A program made the translations under genes and the position numbers. The notes below the pieces were generated by a model. That model was not told the origin of the DNA. It saw only the letters and a list, made by a program, of their open reading frames with translations, and ran no database searches. This document shows positions 44,587-54,683 of a DNA stretch of 64,000 nucleotides, one piece after another. The first letter of the stretch is position 1; each line of letters starts with the position of its first letter. This DNA comes from Dehalococcoidia bacterium (GTDB lineage Bacteria; Chloroflexota; Dehalococcoidia; Lucifugimonadales; UBA3495), in assembly GCA_965249145.1 (NCBI GenBank), contig OZ252223.1, forward strand, positions 2,323,881-2,387,880, given 5' to 3'.

Positions 44587-45798
44587 TTATGGGGCCCTCT
44601 GGAAGGGGTCGGTCAGTTCCAATTCCTCGCCGATCTCGCGGAGGGCGGGCAGCACTTCTTGGCCCATCAGTTCCAGGCAGCGCATGGTGTCGGCGTGGGT
44701 CGTGTCGCCGTCGTTGGTCCAAACTCCCAGGATGCCGGGCCGCAGCTGCCCCAACACGTCGCGGAGCTTGCGCACCACGGTCTCCGGGCTGCCGACTATC
44801 CAGCGGTTAGAGGCTAGGATCTCGTCGTAGGTGGCTGTTTCCAGGCCCAGTCCCAAGAACGGGTCTTTGCGAACGCGGCCCTGATAGCGGACCACCCGGG
44901 GGTCCTTGAGGCTGCCGCTGTAGCCGATGGGCATCATGTAGTCCCGGGGCATGGGAACGCGGCCGACGCCGACGTTGCCGGTGAGGAAGCCCTTGGCTGA
45001 CTCGTACGCCTTTTCGTCGGTGTCCTGCACGTGGATGCGGCAAAGGTAGCCGAAATGCTCCGGGCCGGGCTCGTAGCCGTTCTCCCGGGCAGTCTCGGTG
45101 TAGATGGTCATCATGTCCTGGGTGCCTTGGGGATCGGTCTCCAGGTAGATGTAGGGGTAGCGGTGTTCGGCGGCCCAGACCAGGGTTTCGGGGCTGCCAA
45201 GACCAGGGATCCAGACTGGCGGATGGGGCTGTTGGATGGGCCGCTCGAAGGGGTTGACCACTCGGAAGTGGTAGTGCTTTCCCTCCCAGCGGAAGGGACC
45301 CGGGGTGGTCCAAGTCTTGATGAGCAGGTCGTGGGCTTCTTCGAACCGCTCCCGGTTGAACAGCGGGTTCACGTTGGCGGCTAGGCTTTCGACTCCGGTG
45401 CCGCGCACGAATCCGGAGACCAGGCGGCCGCCGGAGATCATGTCGATCTCGGCCAGTTCTTCCGCCAAGCGCAGGGGATTGTCGAATACGGGCAAGGGAT
45501 TGCCCAAGAGAACGATCTTGGGGGTTTTGGTGTTTCGGGCAAGGATGGCGGCTTCGAGGTTCATGGTCGCGCCGAGACAGGTGGGAGTGTTGTGGTGCTC
45601 GTTGAGCATCAGGCCGTCGAAGCCCACTTCCTCGCAGTACTCGTATTCGTCCAAGTATTCGTTGTACTGACGGGAGCCGACCATGGGGTCGAAGTTGCTG
45701 TTGGAGAATGTTAGGCGCACCGCTTGGTTGGGGCTGTTGCGAACGGCCTCCTCCGTATAGTTGGTGTAGGCCCGCTCGGTAAATCGCATCAGGAACAT
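44587..45798 (-). CDS. LLM class flavin-dependent oxidoreductase (paralog)
   Basis: Part of ORF 44587..45894, from ATG 45798 (MFLMRFTE) with AGGAGG upstream. Shares long identical runs with 38057..39187, such as IKTWTTPGPFRWEGKHYH and PIQQPHPPVW. Confidence 0.85.
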   Translation of the reverse strand: MFLMRFTERAYTNYTEEAVRNSPNQAVRLTFSNSNFDPMVGSRQYNEYLDEYEYCEEVGFDGLMLNEHHNTPTCLGATMNLEAAILARNTKTPKIVLLGNPLPVFDNPLRLAEELAEIDMISGGRLVSGFVRGTGVESLAANVNPLFNRERFEEAHDLLIKTWTTPGPFRWEGKHYHFRVVNPFERPIQQPHPPVWIPGLGSPETLVWAAEHRYPYIYLETDPQGTQDMMTIYTETARENGYEPGPEHFGYLCRIHVQDTDEKAYESAKGFLTGNVGVGRVPMPRDYMMPIGYSGSLKDPRVVRYQGRVRKDPFLGLGLETATYDEILASNRWIVGSPETVVRKLRDVLGQLRPGILGVWTNDGDTTHADTMRCLELMGQEVLPALREIGEELELTDPFQRAP

Positions 45799-46032
45799 CG
45801 GCTTCCTCCTAATCTGTCGGGAACTAATGACGGGGAGCGCGGCCGATCCACGAGTAGTCGCGCTGGCGCGTTTATCGTAGCGAATTTGCCGCACAACGTC
45901 AAAAACGCATCCCGGATGGCCTGACGTTGGCGGTGCCTCTATACGCCCCTTGGAGCCGCGAAGACGGGGTGTGCTATAGTTTGTTTGGCTCTATGAGCCG
46001 CCTACATCCAATTCGAGGATTCCAGACTACCC

Positions 46033-47616
46033 ATGCCCAGAGTTCTTATTTCAGACCCGGTCGGCGCTGAAGGTATCGAGCTGCTTAAGGCCAGTGCCGA
46101 TGTGGTCGTCAAGACCGGGATGCAGCCCGAGGAGCTGATCGCGACCGTCGGCGATTTCGACGCCCTGGTTGTCCGCAGCGAGACCAAGGTTACCCGGCAG
46201 GTGATCGAAGCGGCCAAGAAGCTCCGGGTGGTGGCCCGCGCCGGTATCGGGGTCGACAACATCGATCTGGAAGCTGCCACCAGCGCCGGTATCGCCGTGG
46301 TGAACGCGCCCACCGGCAATACTGTCGCGGCGGCGGAACACACCATCGGGCTGATGTTGGCCCTCTCCCGCAACATCCCCAGCGCCCATGCGTCGCTGAC
46401 GTCTGGGGAGTGGCGACGCAGCGCCTTCATGGGGATAGAAGTCCGGCAGAAGACGCTGGGCATCTGCGGCCTCGGGCGGGTTGGCTCCGAGGTGGCCAAG
46501 CGGGCCCAGGCATTCGACATGCGGCTGGTGGGGTACGACCCTTTCGTCGCCCCCGACTACGCCTGGCGCATCGGGGTGGAGCTGATGACGCTGGACCAAC
46601 TCCTGGAAGTGGCCGACTTCGTCACCTTGCACACCCCGCTGACGTCGGGCACTCGCAACATGATTAGCCACCAGCAGGTCGGGAAGGTCAAGCCCGGCGC
46701 GCGCATCATCAACGTCGCCCGCGGCGAACTGGTGGACGAAGCGGCCCTGCTGGAGGGCCTGGAATCCGGGCGCTTGGCCGGGGTGGCTCTGGACGTCTTC
46801 TCCAAGGAGCCGCCGGACCCGAGCCCGCTGCTGGAACACCCGAAGGCGATCGTCACGCCGCATCTGGGCGCCTCGACCGAGGAGGCGCAGCGCGAGGTTG
46901 CCATCGAAGCCGCCGAGCAGGTGCTGGCGGTGCTGAACGGCGAACCGGCCCGCAATACCGTGAACGCCCCCTTCGTGGCGCCCGAAGTGCACACCGTCCT
47001 GGCGCCGTTCATCCCGGTGGCCACGGTGGTCGGCAAGCTTCTAGCCTATCTGACCGAGGGCCAGACCAGCGGCGTTACCATCAGCTACCAGGGCGAGATC
47101 GCCGAACACGACACCCGCATGTTGCAGGCGTCGGTGCTGGCGGGGTTGCTCTCGCCGGTGAGCACGGTGAACGTAAACTTGATCAACGCGCCAGTGCTCG
47201 CTAGGGAGCGCGGGCTGAGCATAACCGAACAGCGCAACACCGTGTCCCGTGAGTACGCCAGCATTATTTCGGCGACGCTGGAGACCACCGAGGGCAATCT
47301 GACCTTGGCTGGTACCTCCATGAGGAACGAGCCGCACATCGTTAAGATCAACGACTATTGGCTGGACATGGTCCCCAATACGCCGTACCTGCTGTTTGTC
47401 GACAACCAGGACCAGCCGGGCTCCATCGGCGCCGTTGGCACCATCGCCGGGCGACATAACATCAACATCAGCTTCATGGAAGTGGGCCGGTTGCAGCTCC
47501 GCGGCCGGGCCATGATGGTGATCGGGCTGGACGATCCGGTGCCGCCCGAGGTAATGGCGGAGATTAAGGACCTCTCCCACATCTACAACGCCCGGTTGGC
47601 CACCCTGACCGATTAA
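46033..47616 (+). CDS. serA: D-3-phosphoglycerate dehydrogenase (long form with ASB/ACT domains)
   Basis: 527-aa ORF. GLGRVGSEVAKR NAD motif, VARGELVDE, DVF..EP, and a C-terminal ACT-like segment. Confidence 0.92.
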   Translation: MPRVLISDPVGAEGIELLKASADVVVKTGMQPEELIATVGDFDALVVRSETKVTRQVIEAAKKLRVVARAGIGVDNIDLEAATSAGIAVVNAPTGNTVAAAEHTIGLMLALSRNIPSAHASLTSGEWRRSAFMGIEVRQKTLGICGLGRVGSEVAKRAQAFDMRLVGYDPFVAPDYAWRIGVELMTLDQLLEVADFVTLHTPLTSGTRNMISHQQVGKVKPGARIINVARGELVDEAALLEGLESGRLAGVALDVFSKEPPDPSPLLEHPKAIVTPHLGASTEEAQREVAIEAAEQVLAVLNGEPARNTVNAPFVAPEVHTVLAPFIPVATVVGKLLAYLTEGQTSGVTISYQGEIAEHDTRMLQASVLAGLLSPVSTVNVNLINAPVLARERGLSITEQRNTVSREYASIISATLETTEGNLTLAGTSMRNEPHIVKINDYWLDMVPNTPYLLFVDNQDQPGSIGAVGTIAGRHNINISFMEVGRLQLRGRAMMVIGLDDPVPPEVMAEIKDLSHIYNARLATLTD

Positions 47617-47647
47617 AGGGACCGACTCCCCTGGACGAGGAGGCGAC

Positions 47648-48697
47648 ATGACTGACAAGATTGCGATCATGGGCGCGGGAGCCCTGGGCTGCTACGTTGG
47701 CGCTTTCCTGGCCCGCGAAGGCGAGGATGTTACCTTCATCGACATGTGGCCCACCCACGTGGAGAAGATGCGGGCCGACGGGCTTCACGTGACCGGCAGC
47801 CAGGGGCCCTTCACGGTGCCGGTCAAGGCGATGCACCTGACCGAGGCCCAAGGCATCACCGATCCCTTCGATTTCGCGTTCGTTTCGGTCAAGTCGTACG
47901 ACACCGAGTGGGCCACCCATTTCATCAAGCGCTATGTGAAGGAAGACGGTTTCTTCGTCTCGCTACAGAACTGCTGGAACGACGTGCCCATCGCCCGGAT
48001 CGTCGGTGAGGAACGGGCCGTTGGCTGCATTGCCTCCCATATCGAGGTAGCCCTTTGGGAGCCGGGACACGTGACCCGGGGCGGCGCGGTGGGGCGGGAC
48101 TCCGGCCACCACGTGTTCCGCGTCGGCGAGCATGACGAGAGCCTTTCCCCCCGCACCGAGAAGATCGCCGCCATGCTGGACTGCATCGACGGCGCTTACG
48201 CCACCGACAACCTTTGGGGGGAGCGCTGGGCCAAGCTGTGCCAAAACGGGATGGGTAATGCACTGTCGGCCGCCTCGGGTATGGGCTCTCAGGACATGGC
48301 CGAAGACCCGCGTTGCCGCCTGGTCCGCATCCACCTGTGCAAAGAGGGCGCGCAGGTGGGGTTGGCCATGGGGCTGAAGGTGGTCGATATCCAGGGCGTG
48401 GCCGCTGAGACCTGGGCCGACGCCGCCAAGGGAGATGTGTTCGAGGAGCTGGATGGCTTCATGGCCGCCCATGGCGGGCGGGTCAACTGGTTGGCCTCGA
48501 TGGCCCAAGATGTCTACAAAGGACGCCGTTCCGAGATCGACTTTATGAACGGCCTGATCTCCCAGAAGGGCCGCGAATTTGCTGTACCGACCCCCTTCAA
48601 CGACGCGGTCATCGAGGCGATGCACGGCGTGGACGACGGCTCCGCCCCTCAACACGCCGACCACGTAGACCGAGTCCTGCGAGCCGCCGGGCGGTGA
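47648..48697 (+). CDS. ketopantoate reductase (ApbA/PanE) family oxidoreductase
   Basis: 349-aa ORF with GAGGAGG RBS. IAIMGAGALGCYVGAFLA Rossmann motif and VSVKSYD. Confidence 0.78.
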   Translation: MTDKIAIMGAGALGCYVGAFLAREGEDVTFIDMWPTHVEKMRADGLHVTGSQGPFTVPVKAMHLTEAQGITDPFDFAFVSVKSYDTEWATHFIKRYVKEDGFFVSLQNCWNDVPIARIVGEERAVGCIASHIEVALWEPGHVTRGGAVGRDSGHHVFRVGEHDESLSPRTEKIAAMLDCIDGAYATDNLWGERWAKLCQNGMGNALSAASGMGSQDMAEDPRCRLVRIHLCKEGAQVGLAMGLKVVDIQGVAAETWADAAKGDVFEELDGFMAAHGGRVNWLASMAQDVYKGRRSEIDFMNGLISQKGREFAVPTPFNDAVIEAMHGVDDGSAPQHADHVDRVLRAAGR

Positions 48698-48794
48698 AGG
48701 TTCGCCCTCATCCTGAGAGGGAAGCAAGAAGAGGCGCTGTCGAGTCGCTGAGAAGATTTTTGCGAGAGGCCGGAATCGGACCGTGAACGCTGTA

Positions 48795-49115
48795 ATGGAC
48801 TACAAGGGCTATCGTGCCGCTATCCACTTCGATGCCGACGCCAATGTGTTCCACGGAGAAGTGATCGATACACGCGACGTGATCGTCTTCGAAGCAACAT
48901 CAGTTGACCAACTAGTCGAGGAGTTCCACCTTCCGGTCGATGACTATCTGGCCGCGTGTGCCGAGCGGGGGCGGGAATCGGACAGGCCATACTCGGGCCG
49001 CATTCCCCTCCGAGTGTCCCCGAACGTGCATCGAGCGGCAGCCGTGGCGGCAAGGGCAGAAGGGAAGAGCCTTAACGCCTGGCTAGCAGAAACCATAGAG
49101 CGGGCTTCGAAGTAA
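48795..49115 (+). CDS. hicB: HicB family antitoxin (no adjacent HicA)
   Basis: ORF 48783..49115. MDYKGYRAAIHFDADANVFHGEV..., YSGRIPLRVSPNVHRAAAVAARAEGKSLNAWL (RHH-type C-terminus). Confidence 0.75.
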   Translation: MDYKGYRAAIHFDADANVFHGEVIDTRDVIVFEATSVDQLVEEFHLPVDDYLAACAERGRESDRPYSGRIPLRVSPNVHRAAAVAARAEGKSLNAWLAETIERASK

Positions 49116-49158
49116 TCCAATACCTTTGACGAATAGCATTTGAATTGCGAGGCCACCG

Positions 49159-49620
49159 ATGTACATAAAGGTTGAGCCAGCTGAGTTCTTCATGTATCGG
49201 GTCATTATGATCTTCGACTTGGATAATCCCGACTCGGAAGACCCGGTTGTCCGCGACTACATGAACGAATGGGAGCTGGAGCCGAAATACCAACGGACCG
49301 GCGATTTCGAGGGCTCCAACAGCGAGTTCATGCAGTTCGGCGGTTGCTATCTGGGCAAGCACTTGGGCCATATGGCCGAGATCCAGCGGAGCCACGTACA
49401 GTCGGAGTTACTTACCGCCGAGATCGAGCGGCTGCTTCAAGAGCCGGAATACGCGGTGGTCATCCCCGACGAGCGCAAGGATTCGGCGATCAAGGAGCTG
49501 GTGCAGGCCTTCCACCAAGAATCGTCCTTTCGCACTGCGGAAACCGGCGAGTTGGAAGCCGTGCTGGACGGCGCGGCGGTAAAGGAGGCTGCTCTGGGGG
49601 TGCTCTCCGGGCAGGCTTAA
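49159..49620 (+). CDS. hypothetical protein (153 aa)
   Basis: ORF with GAGG upstream. Lower-GC 5' end. No family recognised. Ends 2 nt before the tRNA-Gly 3' end. Confidence 0.4.
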   Translation: MYIKVEPAEFFMYRVIMIFDLDNPDSEDPVVRDYMNEWELEPKYQRTGDFEGSNSEFMQFGGCYLGKHLGHMAEIQRSHVQSELLTAEIERLLQEPEYAVVIPDERKDSAIKELVQAFHQESSFRTAETGELEAVLDGAAVKEAALGVLSGQA

Positions 49621-49622
49621 GT

Positions 49623-49696
49623 TGGAGCGGGTGATGGGAATCGAACCCACATAGCTAGCTTGGAAGGCTAGAACTCTACCACTGAGCTACACCCGC
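49623..49696 (-). tRNA. tRNA-Gly (anticodon UCC), CCA encoded
   Basis: The minus strand reads GCGGGTG-TA-GCTCAGTGGTAGAGT-T-CTAGC-CTTCCAA-GCTAG-CTAT-GTGGGTTCGATTCCCAT-CACCCGC-T-CCA. Perfect 7-bp acceptor stem. Confidence 0.9.
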
Positions 49697-49727
49697 GAGA
49701 GATACTGTCTACCAAAATTATAGCAGT

Positions 49728-51668
49728 TCAGTCCCCGGCCCGGCCGGGTTCGGGGACCTCCTCCGGGTCATTGACTACATGGCCCGCCTCGTGGAGTTCC
49801 TCAACGTCGTGTGCCGTGCCATCGTGAGGTGCTCCTGTGCCCTCCGGCGGCAGCAGGTCCTCCACCTCGGTGTGTACCGAAAAGCTGAGGTGGCTCCGCA
49901 GGTTATCCACGAAGTCGTCCACTTCGTCCCTTGGCGTCCGGTAGCGGTACAGCGAGTGCCGCAGTATCTCCAACCCCGCTTCCATCTGCGGCCATACCAC
50001 TTCCTGTACGCCCAACTCCTGCAACCGCTCGCCCTCCTCACGCCAATGGACCCTGGCTACGATGTCCAGGTCTGGCTGCAATTGGCGGGCGTGCTGGGCC
50101 GTTACCCAGACCGACACCGGGTCACCGGTGGTGATCACCAAGATGGCGGCTTGGTGGATTCGTGCCGCGGTCAACACCTCCACGCTTCCGGAAGAGCCCT
50201 GCACGGTGTAGTAGCCTTCGTTTTGCCAGTGTTCCAGGGTATACGGATCGAGGTCCACCGCGATGAAGGGCACGTCGTAGTCTCGTAGCGCGGTCGCAAC
50301 CAGGGTACCGACTCTTCCCAGGCCGCAGATGATCACGTGGCCGTAGAGATGCGGCGGTCTTTCCTCGGCATGGTCGTTCCCGATCCGGTAGGGGCGCAGC
50401 ACCCGCAACCGGCGGCTCAGGGCCGTGACCGCGATGGAGCTGCCAGCGATCAGGGCCGGGGCGATCACCATGGTCAACACCGCCGACACCACCACGAGCG
50501 AGTGGAAGTCTTGGTCGACCACGCCGAGGCTCAGCGCGCCTGCCGCCAATATGAAGCTGAACTCCCCGATCTGCCCCAGCCCCACGCCGCTGAGCATGGC
50601 GGTGTTGGGCAAATAGCCGAACCCCCGGACGATTACTGCGGTGACCACGAACTTGAACACCAACACCGCCCCGATCACCGCTACCACGCTCACCCACTCG
50701 GCGCTGACGAACCCCGGATCGGTCAGCATACCCAAGGAGGCGAAGAACAGGGCCGCGAAAACGTCTCGCAGGGGCGTAACTTCGGTCAGCGCCCGGTGGC
50801 CGAAGTCCGACTCGCTGAGTAGCAGGCCCGCCACGAAGGCGCCGAGGGCCGCCGATAACCCGACATATTCGGTGAGAGCGGCGATGCTGAAGGCGGTGGC
50901 GACCACCATCAGGATGAACACTTCCCGCGAGCCGAGACGGGTAATACGGGCCATTGCCCAGGGCACCGCTTTGGTCCCGAGCACCACCACCGCGACCAGC
51001 AACAGCACTGCCTTGAGGAGCCCAAATCCGGCCTCTTCCAGCACTGAAGACCCGGACCTGCCGAAGACCGGCAGGAGCGCGATCATCGGCACGAACGCCA
51101 GGTCCTGCACCAGCAGGAAGCCGACCAACAGACGCCCGTGCAGGCTGTGCAGTTCGCCCCGGTCCGAAAGCGTCTTCAGTACCACCATGGTGCTGCTCAA
51201 GGAGACGATCATGCCCAGAAGCAACGACGTCTGGAAGTCGAATCCCAGCAGCAGACCGATCGGTATCATCGCCCCGGTGGTTATTCCGATCTGAAGTATG
51301 CCGCCGATCAACACGACCTTGCCCAATTGGTAGATGTCGCGGAAGGCGATCTCGATGCCGATGGTGAACACCAGCAAGATGACCCCGATTTCGGCCAGCG
51401 TACGCACTGTTTCGACGTTCTCGATCACCTCGAGGACGTGTGGCCCAATGACCATGCCCACGGCCAAGTAGCCCAGCACCACCGGGGCGCGGGCGAGGCG
51501 CGCCGCCATCCCGCCCAAGGAGGCGGCGACTACGACGATAACCAGGTCAAGGAATAGGTGGTTTTCCAATTCAGACCAAGCACGGCGACGATTCCGGAGT
51601 ACCAGATAGCTATTATATCCGGGCCGCCTATAATCAACAGCGCGGGCCAAGACCGGCCCTCCAGCCAA
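49728..51668 (-). CDS. cation:proton antiporter (Kef/CPA2-type) with a C-terminal RCK/TrkA-N domain
   Basis: 646-aa ORF. Multiple TM helices, then HVIICGLGRVGTLVA (Rossmann). The start is probably internal (for example TTG 51569, LENHLFLDL). Confidence 0.85.
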   Translation of the reverse strand: MAGGPVLARAVDYRRPGYNSYLVLRNRRRAWSELENHLFLDLVIVVVAASLGGMAARLARAPVVLGYLAVGMVIGPHVLEVIENVETVRTLAEIGVILLVFTIGIEIAFRDIYQLGKVVLIGGILQIGITTGAMIPIGLLLGFDFQTSLLLGMIVSLSSTMVVLKTLSDRGELHSLHGRLLVGFLLVQDLAFVPMIALLPVFGRSGSSVLEEAGFGLLKAVLLLVAVVVLGTKAVPWAMARITRLGSREVFILMVVATAFSIAALTEYVGLSAALGAFVAGLLLSESDFGHRALTEVTPLRDVFAALFFASLGMLTDPGFVSAEWVSVVAVIGAVLVFKFVVTAVIVRGFGYLPNTAMLSGVGLGQIGEFSFILAAGALSLGVVDQDFHSLVVVSAVLTMVIAPALIAGSSIAVTALSRRLRVLRPYRIGNDHAEERPPHLYGHVIICGLGRVGTLVATALRDYDVPFIAVDLDPYTLEHWQNEGYYTVQGSSGSVEVLTAARIHQAAILVITTGDPVSVWVTAQHARQLQPDLDIVARVHWREEGERLQELGVQEVVWPQMEAGLEILRHSLYRYRTPRDEVDDFVDNLRSHLSFSVHTEVEDLLPPEGTGAPHDGTAHDVEELHEAGHVVNDPEEVPEPGRAGD

Positions 51669-51691
51669 ATTCGTTGTCCAATGGAGGAAAG

Positions 51692-52078
51692 ATGGCAGTC
51701 GAGCGAAAGGACTACGACATTGCCCCAGCCGGGCCGACCTACAGCCGTGGGGTCAGGGCTGGAAACCTGCTGTTCATCTCGGGCTGCACGGCGCGGGGCT
51801 CGGCGTCTCAAGGGGGGTCGCTAATGGCGCAGGTGGAGGAGACGCTGCGGCGGGTCACCGGTGTGGTGAGGGCCGAAGGCGGCAGCCCGGGCGATATCGT
51901 CAAGATCACCACCTTCGTTACCAGCATTGCCGATTGGCATGCTGGGGCGGAGGAGCAGGCGAGATTGTTCGCCGCCTACTTCGAGGAGAAATATCCGGCT
52001 AACTCGCTAATCGAAATCAGCGCGCTGGCCGAGCCGGGCTTGGACGTGGAGATCGAGGCGATAGCGGTATTGGAATAG
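51692..52078 (+). CDS. RidA/YjgF/L-PSP family protein
   Basis: ORF 51674..52078. ATG 51692 after GGAGGAAAG. LLFISG, KITTFV and a C-terminal VEIEAIAVLE. Confidence 0.85.
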   Translation: MAVERKDYDIAPAGPTYSRGVRAGNLLFISGCTARGSASQGGSLMAQVEETLRRVTGVVRAEGGSPGDIVKITTFVTSIADWHAGAEEQARLFAAYFEEKYPANSLIEISALAEPGLDVEIEAIAVLE

Positions 52079-52133
52079 CGCCCCACCTCTGTCCCGTCCC
52101 GTCCGTCCCGCCACTGCTGTCGCCCTCGCCCCC

Positions 52134-52231
52134 GTCATTCCCGCGAACGCGTGAATCCACAGCCTTCGCCACAGACCTCCGATTGCTCAACCGGAGGCGT
52201 TAGATTCTCGACTGAGCGGCAATGAAGGAGG
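52134..52231. repeat. two degenerate REP-like elements
   Basis: GTCATTCCCGCGAACGCGTGAATCCAC (52134-52160) and TAGATTCTCGACTGAGCGGCAATGAAGGAGG (52201-52231). Compare TAGATTCTGCAGGTCTGGATTCCCGCCTGCGCGGGAATGATGAAGG at 1918. Confidence 0.45.
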
Positions 52232-52291
52232 TGCGGAGTGCGGGAACGACGGGGGCGTGGCGCGGGGAAATGGCGGTCGGCCGTGGGGGGG

Positions 52292-54614
52292 TTATGAGGC
52301 GCCGGCGCGTATCCACTGGCGGATGTTGCTGGGACTTAGGGGCAGACTGTTGACTCGGACGCCGAAGTCGGAGAGAGCGTCGGCCACGGCGTTGCCCAAG
52401 GCGGCGCCCGTGGCCAAGATCGCACCCTCGCCAGCGCCCTTGACGCCCAAGGGGTTCAGCGGCGAGGGAGCTTCCTCCAGGATGACGCACTCGATGTTAG
52501 GCACGTCCAGACTGGTGGGGAGCAGATAGTCCATGAATGTCCCGGCCAATAGCTGTCCGTTGTCGTCGTAGACCAACTCCTCCAGCAAGGTGCCGCCGAT
52601 GCCTTGGGCCGCCCCGCCCACGGACTGTCCGTGCATGGTCAGAGGGTTGAGGCAGCGTCCCACGTCTTCAACGACCACGTAACCGAGCAAATCGATCTTG
52701 CCGGTCTCTGGGTCCACCGCGACGTGGGCTGCGTGACTGCCGTAGGCGTAGGTCCACTGTTCGATGCGGAAGTATTCGGTGGCCTCCAGCGCTGATTCTG
52801 GAGTGTCGAACTGGCGCGAGGCCTCGGCCAATTCAGCCACTCGTTGCAGCGTCAACTCGGTGGGCCCGCCGCTTTCGCCCAACCGCACCACCACGCTTCG
52901 TTGCAAGTCTATCGCCTCGGGCTGGACGTCCAAATACCCGGCGGCCAGACCGAGGATGCGGGCTTTCAGGGTCTGACAGGAGAGGTGGATGGCGCTGCCA
53001 GCCATCACAGAAGCGCGGCTGCCGAACGTCCCGATGCTGGCGGGCAGGTAGTCGGTGCTGCCGTGGAAAACCCGCACGTCGTCGATGGTAGCCCCCAGCG
53101 AATCAGCTGTAATCTGGGCCATCACAGTTTCGTGGCCTTGGCCCATGGTTGTGATGCCCAAATAGACCTCAATCCCCCCCGTATCGGTGACGACGACCCG
53201 TGCTCCCTCGAATGGTCCGAAACCGGTGGGCTCGACGTAGCTGGCCAACCCAACCCCGTGATAACGGCCCTGCTCGTCGGGGCCGCGCTGGCCCTTGATC
53301 GAGCCGTAACCGATCTGTTGCAGCGTCTGCTCGAAGGCGCTGGGGTAGTCGCCGCTGTCGTAGACCGTCAACGCTCCGTCCAGCCGCGTGGGGCCCACGG
53401 TATAGGGCATTTCCGACGCGTCGATCAGGTTCTTGCGCCGGAGCTCCGCCGGGTCGATGCCAAGGTCTTCCGCCACCAAGTCCAGCAGTCTCTCGCGGAC
53501 GAAGGTGCCCTCGAAGAAGCCGGGGGCCCGGTAGGTGCCCGCGCCCATCTTGTTGGTGGCCAGGCAGTTGATCGAAGCTTCGAAGGCGGGGATACGGTAC
53601 GGCCCCGGCAGCATCACGGCGGTCAGCGCCGGTACCACGCTGCCGTGGGTACGGACGTAGGCCCCCATGTCGCCGTAGACGGTGGCGCGCAGGCCCAGCA
53701 GGGTGCCGTCCTTCTTGGCGGCGATCTCGACCTCGCAGACCACTTCTCTGGAGTGGTTAGCCGACAGCAGGTGTTCGGCCCGGTCCTCCACCCACTTCAC
53801 CGGGCGGCCCAATTCCACGGAGGCGAAGGGAACCAGGAAGTCTTCGGGATAGAACTCGCCACGGATGCCGAAACCGCCGCCCACATCGGGCTCGATGAAA
53901 TGGATTTTCTCCTCGGGGACTTCCAGGTGCCGGGCCAGAATGGCGCGGTTGAAATGGGGGACTTTGGTTGGGCCCCAGACGTGCAGCTCGCCAGTGGAGA
54001 CGTCATAGTCGGCCACCAACCCCCGGGTTTCCAACGGGTTTCCGGTGTGGCGGTTGGTCCGGAACTCCTCCTTGCGGGTGTATTCGGCTTGGCGGAAGGC
54101 CTCGGCGACGTCGCCGGTCGAAATGTCGGCGTGGCCGGTTAGGTTGGTGCCGTTTTGGGGGTGGAGAAGGACTGCGTCCCGCAAGGCTTCTCTAACATCG
54201 GTAACGGCGGGCAGGGGCTCGTATTCGACCTCGATCAGCGTCGAGAGCGTCTTCGGCAAGATAGCGGCTCTCCGCCACCACGACGGCGACGGCCTCCCCG
54301 ACGTGACGCACCGTTCCGCTGGCCAAGGGCTCTTGAAGGAAACGGTCCATCCCCGGCAGCTCGAACACCCGCACCGGGATGGCCTTGGCCAGCGAGGCGA
54401 TGTCGTCGTAGGTGAACACCGCAGCCACGCCTTCCATGGCCAAGGCCGCCGAGGTGTCGATGGCCTGAATTCTGGCGTGGGCGTGGGGGCTGCGAAGGAT
54501 TGCGGCGTGGAGTATCCCGGGACGCGAAATGTCGTCGAGGTATTCCCCCTGTCCGGTGAGGAATCGGACGTCTTCCTTGCGCCTCAGGGGAGCGCCGATG
54601 TAGGGCTGAGTCAC
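52292..54614 (-). pseudogene. xanthine dehydrogenase/CoxL family molybdopterin-binding subunit, split by a frameshift near 54240-54262
   Basis: The N-terminal domain is in ORF 54192..54653 (GTG 54614 after GGGAGG; PYIGAPLRRKEDVRFLTGQGEYLDD). The rest is in ORF 52292..54259. ...RYLAEDALD in one frame continues as TLIEVEYEPLPAV in another. Confidence 0.75.
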
Positions 54615-54683
54615 GCTACGGCCTCCCAGGTCGGATAGGCGCGAGTATACCACCGCTCATTCGCGGCCCCATCCCAAACAGCG

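Noticed and set aside
48698-48794. A HicA toxin gene upstream of hicB.
   Set aside because: Less than 100 nt is available, with no ORF of suitable length in any frame.
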